Assembly (NCBI GenBank): GCA_951406725.2
Contig: OX597827.1
Span: 78,554,001-78,618,000, forward strand
Direction: 5' to 3'
Length of the DNA: 64,000 nucleotides
Origin: Octopus vulgaris
Taxonomy: Eukaryota
In this document: positions 63,785 through 64,000 of the stretch, one piece after another
Layout of the letters: each line of letters starts with the position of its first letter
Position numbering within the stretch: the stretch's first letter is position 1
Notes under the pieces: model-generated
The model's database searches: none
What the model was told of the DNA's origin: nothing
Seen by the model: only the letters and a program-made list of their open reading frames with translations
Made by a program: the position numbers and the translations under genes

Positions 63785-64000
63785 GACTGATTTCCTGGTT
63801 AGTGGATGTATCAAGCCATGATGTTAACATACTATAGCTGTCTGTCTATGATGTCTCTATCCTTAGCGAAGGCACTTAGCCTAATGGTTAGGGTATTTGG
63901 CTTACAAATGTAAGGTTGTGAGTTTGATATCCAGGCACACATTGAGTCCTTGAGCAAGACACTTTATTTCCCGTTGCCCCAGTTGACAAAAATGAGCAGT

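Overview
AT-rich, microsatellite-dense eukaryotic DNA, most consistent with an Octopus (coleoid cephalopod) genome, judged from the SINE/RTE repertoire and clustered C2H2 genes. Two minus-strand C2H2 zinc-finger genes are supported, each with its ORF in a single exon: a 5-finger protein (13225-14337) and a 10-finger polyQ/polyH protein (39599-43177). A probable first exon of a plus-strand gene ends near 53790. The rest is mostly repeats: tRNA-derived SINEs, RTE LINE tails, mariner and maT remnants, and TTAA and hAT MITEs. The main hidden signal is a dispersed set of Penelope-like (PLE) end fragments, about ten of them fold-back palindromes, many abutting (TA)n/(TG)n tracts. Many carry minimal type-I hammerhead ribozyme motifs with palindromic stem III, including a compensatory G3:C8 core (GUGAACA) and two U4C cores. 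A second signal is an apparent fossil, cysteine-less zinc-finger array at the N-terminus of the larger protein. Most short ORFs in the track are microsatellite artefacts. All calls were made by eye; no alignment, folding or database search was run.
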